Position numbers and translations under genes: made by a program
Assembly: GCA_009103225.1 (NCBI GenBank)
Contig: RHPI01002533.1
Location: 1,047,842-1,111,841 of the forward strand
DNA length: 64,000 nucleotides
From: Chlorokybus atmophyticus
Taxonomy: Eukaryota; Plantae; Mesostigma and Chlorokybus algae
Direction of reading: 5' to 3'
The notes under the pieces: generated by a model
Told to the model about the DNA's origin: nothing
The model's input: only the letters and a program-made list of their open reading frames with translations
Databases searched by the model: none
Shown here: in pieces, positions 28,501 to 39,800 of the stretch
Numbering within the stretch: the stretch's first letter is position 1
Layout: each line of letters opens with the position of its first letter

Positions 28501-29247
28501 ACGTTTCCCTTTACGAAGGGTGCACGTATTGGCTCGAGAGTCTAATTGTAAACCTGCTTCAGTGTGCCATTGTTCCCCTAAAACAACATCCACCCCGGGG
28601 ATACCAATATCCACCACGATGAAGGCTGGTCGGGTTATATGGCCATTAATAACAAAACGCCCTTTTACCTCTCCCATTGCATTGAGAGTGGAACCAGCAG
28701 CACGTACATATGACGTGACTGGTGTGAAAGGAATGTTATTACGTTTCACCCAAGCATGTTCAACAAAGTTATGGTTTGCACCAGTATCAATCAATGCTGT
28801 ACATGGTGTACCCATAAGTTGACTCTCAAATCTCCATTTGAGTGGCACTGAGTGACCATCAAATGTAGCTAATATCGGAGTGCCGTGATTGGTAGCAGAC
28901 TTGATAAAGATCACTTGCAATGGTGAAGCTCCTGTATCTTTGCGTGAGAGTTGCATGATTACTTCTCCCCCTTTCAACAATCGCGACCACGGGCCATGAT
29001 ATCGAGGGATAACTACACATGCAGTGATAGCATGTTGTAATTGCAACTCGTGTAAGTGCTTAACAGCAGTTACTAATTCAGAGAATGGAACATTGATTAA
29101 AACACAACCGTTTGCATTTCTCAACACAGGTGGTGTGCTCATATCAGTCCATACATCTGATACATCGCAAAGAGAGGAAACTTTATCAAGAAGTACAGAG
29201 TTTTTAAAGTCGTTCTGCTCGACTAAGCTACCAACCACGGACAATTC
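25516..29247 (-). CDS. pol: Pol of A2 (intact, about 99% identical to A1)
   Basis: 1242-aa ORF with the same domain set as A1. Confidence 0.97.
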   Translation of the reverse strand, partial: ELSVVGSLVEQNDFKNSVLLDKVSSLCDVSDVWTDMSTPPVLRNANGCVLINVPFSELVTAVKHLHELQLQHAITACVVIPRYHGPWSRLLKGGEVIMQLSRKDTGASPLQVIFIKSATNHGTPILATFDGHSVPLKWRFESQLMGTPCTALIDTGANHNFVEHAWVKRNNIPFTPVTSYVRAAGSTLNAMGEVKGRFVINGHITRPAFIVVDIGIPGVDVVLGEQWHTEAGLQLDSRANTCTLRKGKRRMTLTASVPARIPRDNVPLLSAMQLKRCMRKREDVYLLHLRQVETPAEQAISDPVVQSLTEQYADVFQDELPELPPDRNIHHTIPLEEGAKPPWRPIYRLSPLEHAEMEKQLKELLDKGLITKSISPFGAPILFVPKKNGKLRMCIDYRALNKVTVKNRYPLPRIDDLFDKLSGATVFSTLDLTSGYHQIKIHPSDIQKTAFRTPLGHFEYKVLPFGLTNAPATFQTAMNAVFADELYKFVLVYLDDIIVFSKTREDHHKHVELVLARLREHKFYANLSKCNFAKDELPFLGHVIGKEGLKPDPQKVCAVKDWPPPKDVHQLRAFLGLANYFRKFMRAYSGMANPLTSLLRKDVKFVWTEAHEVAFTRIKDALTQAPVLAFPDHTKPFVVISDASTIGCGAVLLQDDRPCAYESRKFIPAERNYTTTEQELLGVVHALRTWRCYLEGVEFSVITDHNPLTFFHTQQNLSRRQARWNEFISRFTFTWQYRPGRTNVADPLSRSPALLALTRSRSTRNVQQPEDPFLKEVSAGYNSDLWFSSQTNLQQLTAVSNLWYKGEQLAIPNSGDLRKQCLHSVHDPPYAGHLGKHKTLKSAQQLYWWPSMSADVDQYVRTCDVCQRNKPLRQKQAGLLKPLAIPEQKWDSVSMDLITDLPETAAKYTAIVVFVDRLTKMVHFAPCCTTVSARDLAHLFVSTVFRVHGIPRELVTDRDPRFVSKFWREVCELLGVKQSMSTAFHPQTDGQTERANQILEEMLRHYVAPNHADWDRYLPMAEFAVNNAWQESVKETPFFLNYGIRPNTPASLRVPRNALTVPAAKEFATNMQENLARAKLCLSEAQDRQKAYADTHRKMATFDVSDKVLLNAKNITIKGTGARKLLPRWLGPFSITDRVGTHAYRLQLPPSVRIHNVFHVNLLKPYRSDGRTQPPPPPVEVDSELEYEVEAILNHKLNGRGRATRYLVKWKGYGPEHNSWEPDRHLTHCRELLRAYWDSCPVP

Positions 29248-30430
29248 CTATTTCTTTTCTCTCTGCTGCTTGGCCTTCTGTGCATTCTGTTTTGCATAGC
29301 ACGTAGCCTCCCCATGACCTGTCTTCTTGCAGAAACTGCAAGTGATGATGGATTTGGCCGCATTGTAGGGGCCAGCAGGATGAGATGGTTTCGCCTTTTT
29401 CACAAAAGGTTTGTTGCCAGTGGCCGGGCGCTTTGCAGCTGAAACCGGGGCTGCCTCTTTTGCCGTGGTTTGCATGTTGGCGTGAGAGCGTTTTACACTG
29501 TCCACAGCAGCAACCATCTGCATCAGCATTGGTAAATCCGTCGAGGCCCACTCTTGCAAACTCGCGGGGTTGACGGCCACATGCTGCACGAGATCTGTGT
29601 CCAAGCCACGCCTGAACATATCCAGCTGATCAGCATCACTGATAGGTAGTTTGCCAGCATTGATCTTGCTGACAAACGACTGAAAATCCTGGATATACTG
29701 CTGAACCGGACGCCCGTTCTGACGCAGGTTGTGCAGCTGGTTGCGAGCAACCTGGGCAGGATCTGCGCCACCATAGCGCTGCTCCATGAAAAAGCACAAC
29801 TGATTCATTTCCCGCCCGAGGTTGGTATCCCGTTGCTTACGGCGGTACCACTCTGCCAAAGCATCGTTTGGGATCAGCAACTTAGCTACACGCAATTTCC
29901 CCTCCTCAAAAATGTGAAGGGAGTTGACATAGTGTCGCAACTTCACAAGCCAGTCGAAGATGGCCGCTTGCTTGTTGGGAACAAACTCGGCAGGACGAGC
30001 AAGTGCTTGAACATGTGGACCACCGTCAGCACGCTGCAGACGCTCGATCATATTCAGAACACGTTTGCCTTCACCCATCTGCCCCTCCCAATCTCGCCCC
30101 ATAAAGGTGGTGAGCTTTGAAACTTTTTCTGCCAATAGGAAGAGAAAGTTCACGAATGAGACAATTGCCTCACGAGGGTCCTGATCATAGGTGCTAAGGA
30201 AATGCTCCATCAAGTCCTGCTGTGTCATGCGAATAGAAAACTCAGGGAATATAGAAGGTGATCTATCATCCACTGAAGCTTCCGCAGCTTTAGCAGCTTG
30301 AGACTCATCAGGTCTGATGTGCATCATCCGGATTCGGAATATCTTCCGTGGATGGAAATACCTCCTCACGGGAAAGTTGCTCTTTTTCTGAGCTCTCCCC
30401 TTTTGAGGTGGGCACCGAGTTTTCTTCCAT
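29248..30430 (-). CDS. gag: Gag of A2; a 7-bp insertion puts the A1-equivalent ATG out of frame
   Basis: ATG-to-stop length is 1183 nt versus 1176 in A1; insertion near 30312-30319. Confidence 0.85.
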
Positions 30431-31389
30431 TTGCCTGCAAAACAGGCAGAATGGGATAGTGAGAACCTCACCAATGGACCAGGTTTAACGAGAGGATCAA
30501 AATGACCCCAAGTTGTAAAAGTCCCAAACAGAGTCCAAACCAGTCCCAAAATAGGAAATGTTGGATCTGGAGTGTCACCAAACAGAACAAGTCTGAGTGG
30601 GACCAGAATGTCCTAACCCTGTGTTGTCTTCAACCAAGTCCCAATCTCCAGGCCGAAGCCAGAGGGGGAGGGTTTCAGACTAACAGGGTTTGGGAACAGA
30701 TTGTCCTAGAACCTCCCCACAACTGTCCTAACCAAGTCCCGATCTCCAGGCCGAAGCCAGAGGGGGAGGGTTTGGGAACAGTTTGGTTTGAAACTTACGG
30801 ACCCGGGTCAAACGACCCGGCAAAGCTGCTGGCAGGTCACAGGTACGTCACAGGCATGCAACAGGCAAGCCACAGGCATGCAACAGGCAAGCCACAGGCA
30901 TGCAACAGGCAAGCCGCACGGTGACTAACTGTGACATGCACTGGCAAGCACAATGACAAGCAATCACCGCATGCAATGACAGGCAATCACTGCAAGCAAT
31001 GACAGTGCACTAAGTGTGATAAACAGTGATGGCACACTAGCAAGCCGCAATCACCGCATGCAATGACAGGCAATTACTGCAAGCAATGATAGTGCACTGG
31101 CAAGCCACTGTGTGATGTGCATGAAAGTACACACGTGCACTTGGCAAGCACCTGGCAAGCAGCTGACAAGCAGGCAAGCAGGCAAGTCACCGACGTGTGA
31201 TGGTACCTCAACGTGGAGAGGCCGCCTCTTTGATAGGTGGCTTCAACGTGGAGGTAGCGCAGGGAAGCGAACTTGAAGCTTGGGCTGCGTGGACGAATAG
31301 GAGGCCGCCGCCGACGCCTTCTGATTGGCCGAAAGCAGGTCGCCGCCCCCTATAAGTACCCACGTCACCCCTCAGCTCCTGGATACCAA

Positions 31390-31915
31390 TGTAACAGCAC
31401 CACCGTCGCCGGTGATGCCCCTTCAATCCTCTACCCCAATACCCACACCGCCTATGACAAGCCTTTCAGCGGCGTGGCCGCCACTGAGCAGAGAACTGAA
31501 AGTCCCCACATCAGATTGATGTGACCTTTTATATCAAGAGTATATCAACTATATAACTCTCGATAATTAACTCACAACTAGATATCGACCCTACAGATAG
31601 GGTAGTTAGGAAATCTAGCGTGAGCCAATCACAGCTCAGGTAAGGTACCTATCGATAAGGTACCTATCCAAAGATACCTATCGTAAGGTACCTAACGAGA
31701 TAGTGATCACATTATATCGAATGTGACACTAAATAGGCTTGAATAAGCGGTTCTACACCCATTGGGACTTATTTAAGCTATGATAAAGCATCATAGCCTT
31801 TAATAAGCGAGGAACCGTAGAAAAGAGGTATAAATAAGCATATTTAAATACTTATTCATACAAAATGTGTTATTCAGGTAGCAATAATACCCCTATTATT
31901 ATTGCTCCCGTTACA
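31390..31915 (-). repeat. 5' LTR of A2
   Basis: Followed on the minus strand by PBS TTGGTATCCAGGAGC. Confidence 0.97.
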
Positions 31916-34537
31916 GCATACGTCCAAAGTTGGGCTAAAGTCCGAAATATGGACCAAACACCCTGATAGGAGGGAAAAGGAGAACCTTTAGCCAACTCAG
32001 CTTCGGTTCCCCTCTAACCTCACAACAGCAGAATTTACTCGACCTAGCCAAGCGAGATGGCGTGTTTAAAGCTAGCTGCCAAACCCGCATGACTTTTCCA
32101 TTTTCTTATCTTTACTTGCAGTCGTAGGAGTGGCGGCTACAAGGCCTACATGCAAGAGGTATTCAAATAGCCATTCACTTGCGCATTCTTACAACCTTGT
32201 AACAAAGCACTTCTCACATGCGTACAAGTGGTAGCTAAAGGACTTCGCGGGTCTTTTGCAACTTCGCAAAATTAGCCCTACTTACACGATTTTTCTAAAT
32301 GGCCGGATTCCCATGGCCGCAAGGGAACTAGTTAATTCTAACTACTTGACCCTCAAACAATAATTATCAGTTAACTCACTTCAATTAAACATATGATGCC
32401 ATAAAACTTGCGCCCATAGATTTATTGTTAGTTGTAATTCCTTGAAAGGATTCTTGCTGGCTCGTTTTAGTAATTCCGCACTATGAAAGCTTGCAACGAC
32501 CGTAATGGCCGGGTTGCACATGTAAGCTATGCTTGGAGAAGCGTGTCCGTATAAATGTGCTCCGTGAGTTCCACCCGACCATGTCATAATGCAGCATCTT
32601 AACACCTTGAAAACCGTGCATGATAATTAATAATTTATCAACTAGTTGAATCGCAATGTTACCATTTTGAGTTGAAACCAATTCACGATTGTAATTGCTT
32701 CAGTTATTCCAACGAAGTATTGTTGAGGAGAGCTCATAACCAATTTGTCCGCGAGGCTTAGCTTGAATAAAACACCTCACTTCTCTTTCTCCCAAATGCT
32801 TATCCCATAGTAAGTACTTAGGTTCAAACCATCGATTCATAAATGACAATCATAGCAGGTTGGTCTCACATTGCAAGCCACATTTTTGCCAATATGTTCG
32901 CCTTTATGCGTCATGTCATTGTGGGCAATTACGGGTGCTTTAAAATCACTCACAACTTAAACGACCGGCAGTAAATTTATCAGCACATCATTACATAATT
33001 ATTAATTTAATAAGTATCAACCATCAGTTAACCTATTACTTCACTAACTATATTATGCATACAGCTCAGAACTACCATAGTGCTCTAAAATGTTCGTAAA
33101 AAGCTCCGCCAAAATATATAGTTCATTATTCTTAAAATCCCACCAACATATTCCAGTCTAAGTCTTAATTTTTACTAGCATGCATAAGTTGAGCCGTCGG
33201 AAAGTTAATAACAATTTTGTATACTGCCTTCTCGGAGTTATTTACTTACAAAGATTTTATGGCACTACAGTGTAGCTAGCTTTGTGCAAAATTGAAAATA
33301 ACTCAGACTGCTACATGCCTTATGCAGATATGCTGCCCTTGTTACGCGTGCAACGTGCTTTCAATCATACGATCGTGTTACATTAACGATGACTCCGCAT
33401 CAACAATGTGCATCCTTGATGGCCACGGTCAAGACAACCCGAATGTTCGATGCATCCGTAGTCATTGATTGATAAACCATACTTATGACGATGAACGCAT
33501 TGCATCGTAGGGCTTTGGTGTTCTTGCCTACACCAAGCTCTACACCTACAGCACCTTACCTACAGATATATGTTTAAGAGGGTGCGGTAAAATGTTTGAT
33601 GCATCCATTAGACTGACAATTGTTTATCGTGTAATCATGCCCATAATGAACGTGTTGCATCGTAAGGCTCAGGGTTAATTGTCCTTGCCATAGTTGTACT
33701 GCAGGTAGGATTATTGTTTATGACAAAAGGAATGCAAATCGCTCATCGTGTGCGAACAATTACACACTTGGAAGTGGTAATTTTAGGTGCCGAACCTAGG
33801 ACAAACAGAACTGAAGAGGATGTGCGCTTAGGCCTACCTAGGCCTACCTAAGCCTAACTCGAGCGCACATGCAAGCGGCTTAGGAACGTGTGAAATAAAA
33901 GAAACGTGTACACGTGGAGTTGGCCATTGACGGGCTCTTGATGTTCATGCCGCAATGATGAGTGTATAGTACACTGTGTACACTGCAGACTCTATCAATG
34001 ATGAGTCCAGGCAGGGCGGACTCCACTGGAGTCACTCCAGGGAGAAAAAGTTGAAGTATTCGAGGTAACGCGGCCCGGCCGCCCAAACAGCGAACCGTAA
34101 AGTAGCAGTAATGCAATACGGTCAGTGACTGCCAGGATACACCTATCTTAAAGTTCCATCGCGGAACCGTGCGACCTGCCATGATGTGCACTTGACACAC
34201 TCAATGCTTTTAAAGCAATGCTTCGATATGCTGCCTCAAAGCTGCTGGCCCCAAAACCCTAGCCGCGTGACACGTGGGCACCGCCGCTGCCGCCGCCGCC
34301 GCGGCCCGCGGAGTTGGAGGGAGGAGTAGCCTGGGGCAAGCTGTGGCCATGCTGCTCTGAGGAGATTGCCGCAGGCCTCGGGACGCACCGCGCAGAGCGA
34401 AGCGTTGGTAAGGGAGGGAGAGGTATGGCTCCTAGGAGATGGTGATCCTGGCTGGGGCTTGCTCTTGCTCCTGCTGCTGCTGCCGCCGCCTGGTTGGCAC
34501 TTCTACGATTGGCTTGTTGCAGTGACCGCTGCAACTT

Positions 34538-36144
34538 ATGGGGTGTATAAGCTCAAAGAGCGGCAAACGCGCCACAGTCGGTGAGTGTACTACCCGTATA
34601 GTACGCCACTGGTTACTGCTTGTGCATTGCTGCATGCTTGTCATCTAGCTCCTCGGGATGAAGGCATAGGGAAACGTGTGCGTTGCTGCATGTCATGTTG
34701 TTAGCTCCTCGGCAGGAAGCCTGTTGTCATGGGGAAACAATTGTACAAGGCAATCGTGCTGCTTGTGGCAGCTGGTTGTGTACGTTCCGCCATGGCAGGT
34801 CTCTGGGGTAGCCACCGTCGGCTGCATGGCACTGTAGCGTATTGTGGACTGCCTTGTTGCATGGCTTCACAGCCATGCAACAAGGCAATTCGCTTTGGTG
34901 TGCCCAGACCACCTGCAAACTTTACAGCACAGCATAGGGTACACGGCTTTCACTGCAAAGTTATCTCTGTGGCTGTTAGTAACGCTCCTGGCCAGAAGTG
35001 TTGTACAGTGTTGTTGTTACGTGCTATACCTGTTTTGTTACTGAGAGCACGCAACAAAGACATGGTGAAACACAGTAAATCCCGTTAGAGCATGTATCAA
35101 AGTCATAACCCAAACTGTAACTGTTACTGTTGATGCGCATTTGATTGCACCCTTCTTGTTTTGTGCATTGCAGGCATGCATACTCTCATATATACGTGAG
35201 AACATGGTATTGTCGATATTTATCCTTGTAAAATGTTTGTGATAACAACACACGTGAGGCACACTTGTTATTACAACCACACACAGTGTACATGGTAGGT
35301 GTACTTGCAGCCCGTAAGTTGCATGAGCGCGCACACACATGCATGCGACCTGCTTCATCTATGCAGACTACTGTACAGCAGTCTGTGAAACGTTTGTTTG
35401 CATATTTGCAGAAGTAAATGGTAAGCCTACAAAGCTGCGTCGAGCAAGGTCGTGGCGGAATCCTGGCCCAATAACCAAGAGCCAGTTGGTGCGCATGCGT
35501 GAGGAATTCTGGGACACATCGCCGCATTATGGTGGTCAAAAAGGTACAAGTGGTTAGGAATTTGCAGCCTAGGAATTTGCAGCATGCGTATTCAATATCT
35601 AACTTGATGTTGTTTGCTGCGGCAGAAATATGGGACGCACTTCATGCTGCGATTGACGCGAAAGATCTCAACCTGGCGGTTGTGATACTAGAGAGTGCGG
35701 GCGTTATTGTGTCCGAGCCAGACCTGTCTGTGTGCTATGACGAACGAGGTACAGTGATCTACATTGCACACCACCACGTCAGCGCCTGCAGTCTTGGCTA
35801 ATTACTTTGCAAGTAGTCCTATCTCATGCACATGGAGGGCATGACACGGCGTGGCCATTGCAACTGCTGGCTCGTTTGCCAGCAGCAGCAATGGCAAAAG
35901 TTACGGCGTGATGCCGGGTTGTCAGCATGACGCCTGGCTTTTAGCACATATCACCTGGTACCTGTTGTGAGCATTTTCACTGAGTTTCAAAGCAGTTTGG
36001 GGTAACAGCTTATTTTCACAAGGGAGGTATTGCCAGTGCATGAGCTGTGCGTTCTGTGCAGGCTCCAAGTACGAACTGCCTAACTACATACTGCGTGACC
36101 CGGCCAACCTACTTGAGGACGACTCTGCTGCTGCTGCTTCATAG
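34538..36144 (+). CDS. Plant-type ubiquitin-binding-domain (UBTD/DC-UbP N-terminal UBD) protein with N-myristoylation motif; exons 34538-34580, 35412-35543, 35626-35748, 36062-36144
   Basis: Phase-compatible GT-AG exons give MGCISSK...[26 protein letters not shown]...SAGVIV...CYDERGSKYELPNYIL*. No C-terminal UBL domain. Confidence 0.92.
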
Positions 36145-36849
36145 TATTACGCGTATGATAGAGAAGCTGTTGCAGCCTGTACATTTTTTGGGTGAGTAGC
36201 GGGCTCCAGCATGTTGGGTTCACGCAGTGCTGCTGGGATTCGCTGTCATCGGCGCAAACTATTCTTGTACATGTGAATACACCTACAACCCTGTACCCGT
36301 ATGTGATCGGTGTTTCTTTATTTCGTTTTGTAGCTGTGATCACCATTGTTCCGTTGTGCTCAGCACGCGCACTCTGCATGCATTGCGAGTGTCACCCTAC
36401 AGCAGTATGCTCTTGTCTTACGGTCTGTACAGTAAGTTTGCGATGAGGGCAGCAACGACACTGCAGCCGGGGCAGTGTTACAGCTTGAATCCATGTCGCA
36501 GGGCTCAGATGAATGTCATTGGCAAATTGCTCGGCCAGTGTACACTCTCAGCATGCTGACTGTTTGTGTGCTGAGAACAGCACCCGACACCATTGTCTTG
36601 CTTGTCTACCTTTGTTGAACTCTTCAACCACAGCACTGCACTCATCCAAGCCGAGATGGCCACTCATAAGAGGCTGCACGTGCAACGAGTAGGACTTCTG
36701 AGCACGTCTGCCAACCATGCCAACCGTCGGATAGCTACTACCATCTCATCCTAAGCTGACTCCACACTGCATCAGTCGCTTTCTGACCCTCAAATCAGCT
36801 ACCACCTACCTGCATAGCATCTGCCATATACTCCAGTATCAGTCCAGTG

Positions 36850-39800
36850 TTATCTCAACGACGCTCCCGCTCGAGGACTAACTAAGCCGGCCACGTCCCC
36901 GCCACCACCAACAGCAGAAGCAGACGAAGCTCCTCCTAAGTCCAGTCTAGACTGCCGGAAGGACGGCCGCCTCTTCACCCCTCCTCCGCCCGCAAGCAAC
37001 GCGCTAGCCAACGACGGCGACCGCGACGATGACAAGCCCAATGTTGTTGTCGTTGTCACCCGCACGTCCTCTTCGCTCACTGCACCGTCATCATCGAATG
37101 CGGTGTTGTAGTAGGTTGTGACGCCCGCCGGGAGGGAGCCGTCGTCCACGCCCTCGACTGTGTGAGTGTTAAGGTTGGCATGCAAAAGGTAGATGTGATG
37201 GTGAACAGATGTGAACAGATGTTGTTGGCGTGGTACCTTCGGAGCCGAGCTGGCCCTGGCTTTCGTCAACGAGACCCGCGGTGGAAATCAGACTGTCGCA
37301 CAGACGGATGGCTTCCTCAATCTTCGCCTTTGTACTGAGCAAACCTGTAAAGGAAACACGCATACGTCATTTGTGAAATACCACCACCGTGCGCCTCATA
37401 ATATGCTTGGATGGGTGTATTGTGACGGGTGTATTGTTACTGCCGGTTGTTTCAGTGTTGAACATTGCTGAACACGCTGCATTTTGCACACGGACACTTG
37501 AGTACACACAGATACGCGTGCACACACAGGTACGTGTGCACACACGCACGCACACACACGCACGCACGCAAGCACACGCACTCATGTACCCACACCCACA
37601 CCCACGCATGCACTCACATACGTGCACACACGCACACATGTGCACGCACCCACGCACCCCCAAGCACGTACACGCACCTTCATCTCCCGGTTTCTCCTCA
37701 AGCTTCCCTTCCACCTCCTCCATTGCCGCCACATACGCCTCCCTCTTCTGCCTCAGCTCCTCCACTTCGCTCCTCGTCCTCTCTCCACCCTTCCCACTCC
37801 TCCCCTCCGCCTCAAGTCGCTCGCGGTCGCGCGCCCCACGCTTGCGAATGTGTATAGCCACATAACCCGCAGCGACGAGGAGGAGACAGGCGCAAGGGGC
37901 GGCGATGATGAGGGGGAGGAAGGTGCGGGCGGGGGAGCGAGTAGGGGGGGATGAGGGTGGCGGGAGAGGAGGGAGGATGGAAACAACAGGACAAGCTGTG
38001 TGCACACGCATGGAAGATGAGGGTGAAAGATCATACAGATACAGATACAGATACAGATACAGATCAAGATCAATTGATGTGCATCTGTATCTGTATCTGT
38101 ATCTGTACCACAGCAGCGGACATGAGGAGGTAGTGTGTGAGCATGCAAAAACAACACTGCGTGCTTGTGCTTACATGCTGTGGTTGTCCCGCAGGCTGTC
38201 TGTCCCTCTTTGCCTGTGGTTGCAAGCCAACGTGAGTGACTTCAGCAATCAATGTACTTGAGTACCTGTGCATTTGCGCTACAATCCGTGATGTGTGTAC
38301 ACATTCATGCGCTTGGGCAAAAGCAAGAAGACTGCTTCCTTTAGACTACCTCTTCCTCACCGTAAGCAGGTGTTGAGAAGCCCAGCAGGGCGCCCGCATC
38401 CGCCACGACTGCCACACTCCCAACAAGTACAACATTCGTTGGCCTTGCACCTGCATGCGTGTTAGAGGTAGAAAACAACTTCGTTATCGCTGTTCAAGCA
38501 GTGTCCTGTCGTTACCAAAGCCGAGTCAGTCGCAAACTGCCAATCCAAGTGTACCGTTTGGTGTTGAGTTGTAGGCAAACTCGGCGAGGAGCGGGAGGGC
38601 ACCTTGCATGGTGTCGCCTGACAGGAGAGACACTCGCACCTCGTTGCCGGGCATGCCGCCCATGGACACCGTCGATGACACCCACACCGCGGCAGGCTGG
38701 AGAGCAGGGACACTTGTGTGTGCGGGTGTATGTATTGTTGCGTGCGAATACGTGCGTGCGCGTGCGCATGCCTATGTGCGTTTGCACGCGTAGGCACGCG
38801 CTTCTGTTTGTCAGTGCACGTGCTTGCGTTTGGGTACAAGAGCCCTCACTTGGCAAGCCACGAAAGGTTGCATGCCAACGGACACGCTAGCCGACGCTGC
38901 TGGCACCGCCGTGACGTTGCCGGCAGGAGACACAAAGTACACGCTGCCGTCCGTCGAACCTATCACCAGCGTTCCTGATTGCACAACACGTCAGAATCAA
39001 CCAAAGCACAGTACGTCCATGCACAGTGCGTTGCAAGACACAATGTGCTACCACATGTTAGTATCAGACCGTGCTACAGTTGCCTACACAACCGTTTGTT
39101 AGTGTGCTTGAAGCATGGTAATAGCATCAACAGTTGTATCCATTGGTGATGTACCGTCCAACCTGTCCAAACTATTCTGCAATCCACAGTAGATTATCAC
39201 ACTCGACAACACCCTGCTAGGTTGCGCTGTGCATGGGTTCACCGTACATCTCTATGCTCCAACCAGAAACCCAAGCAACACAGACTCACGCCAACAACCC
39301 ACCGTCGTTGGTTATGTGCGGCGTTGGGTTGGTCAGGTCCACACCCGCCCCCCTTGGCATCCCCGCGCTCGCGACGACGGTGCCGTTGGCGGTCTCGAGC
39401 AAGTAGATGTACACGTCGTCGTCGTCGTCAGCGGCGGCGGTAACGGAGCAGACGGCGTACGCCCGGCCGTTGTGACCGGAGGCGACGGCGCAGGAGGAGG
39501 GGGAGGAGGGGAGAGGGAGGGACGTCTTCCAACGCAAGGCTGGTCTCTGAGATGCACGAGTGTGGGGTTGCGTGCGCACACATGCAAATGAACATGCATA
39601 CGCATGGACATACACTCACCCATACGTACCCACACACGCACACGGACACACGGGGCATGCACATGCACACACACGAGTGCGCAGACACGCACGCACTTAT
39701 ACCACTTATACCACTTATACCAACACACGCACGCACGCGCGCACATACGCGCGCACGCACGCATGCACGCATGCACATAAACATCAGCGCACAAACGCAA

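Larger units (their letters stand above)
24843..31915 (-). mobile_element. Full-length family A chromovirus copy A2
   Basis: 526-bp LTRs 31390-31915 and 24843-25368 (2 differences seen); TSD GCATA at 24838-24842 and 31916-31920; PBS, PPT, gag and pol as in A1. Confidence 0.98.

Noticed and set aside
33445-33670. Imperfect direct repeat of about 70 bp spaced about 145 bp apart, and an 11-bp TAGGCCTACC repeat near 33830
   Set aside because: Degenerate, two copies only, no associated ends or TSD.
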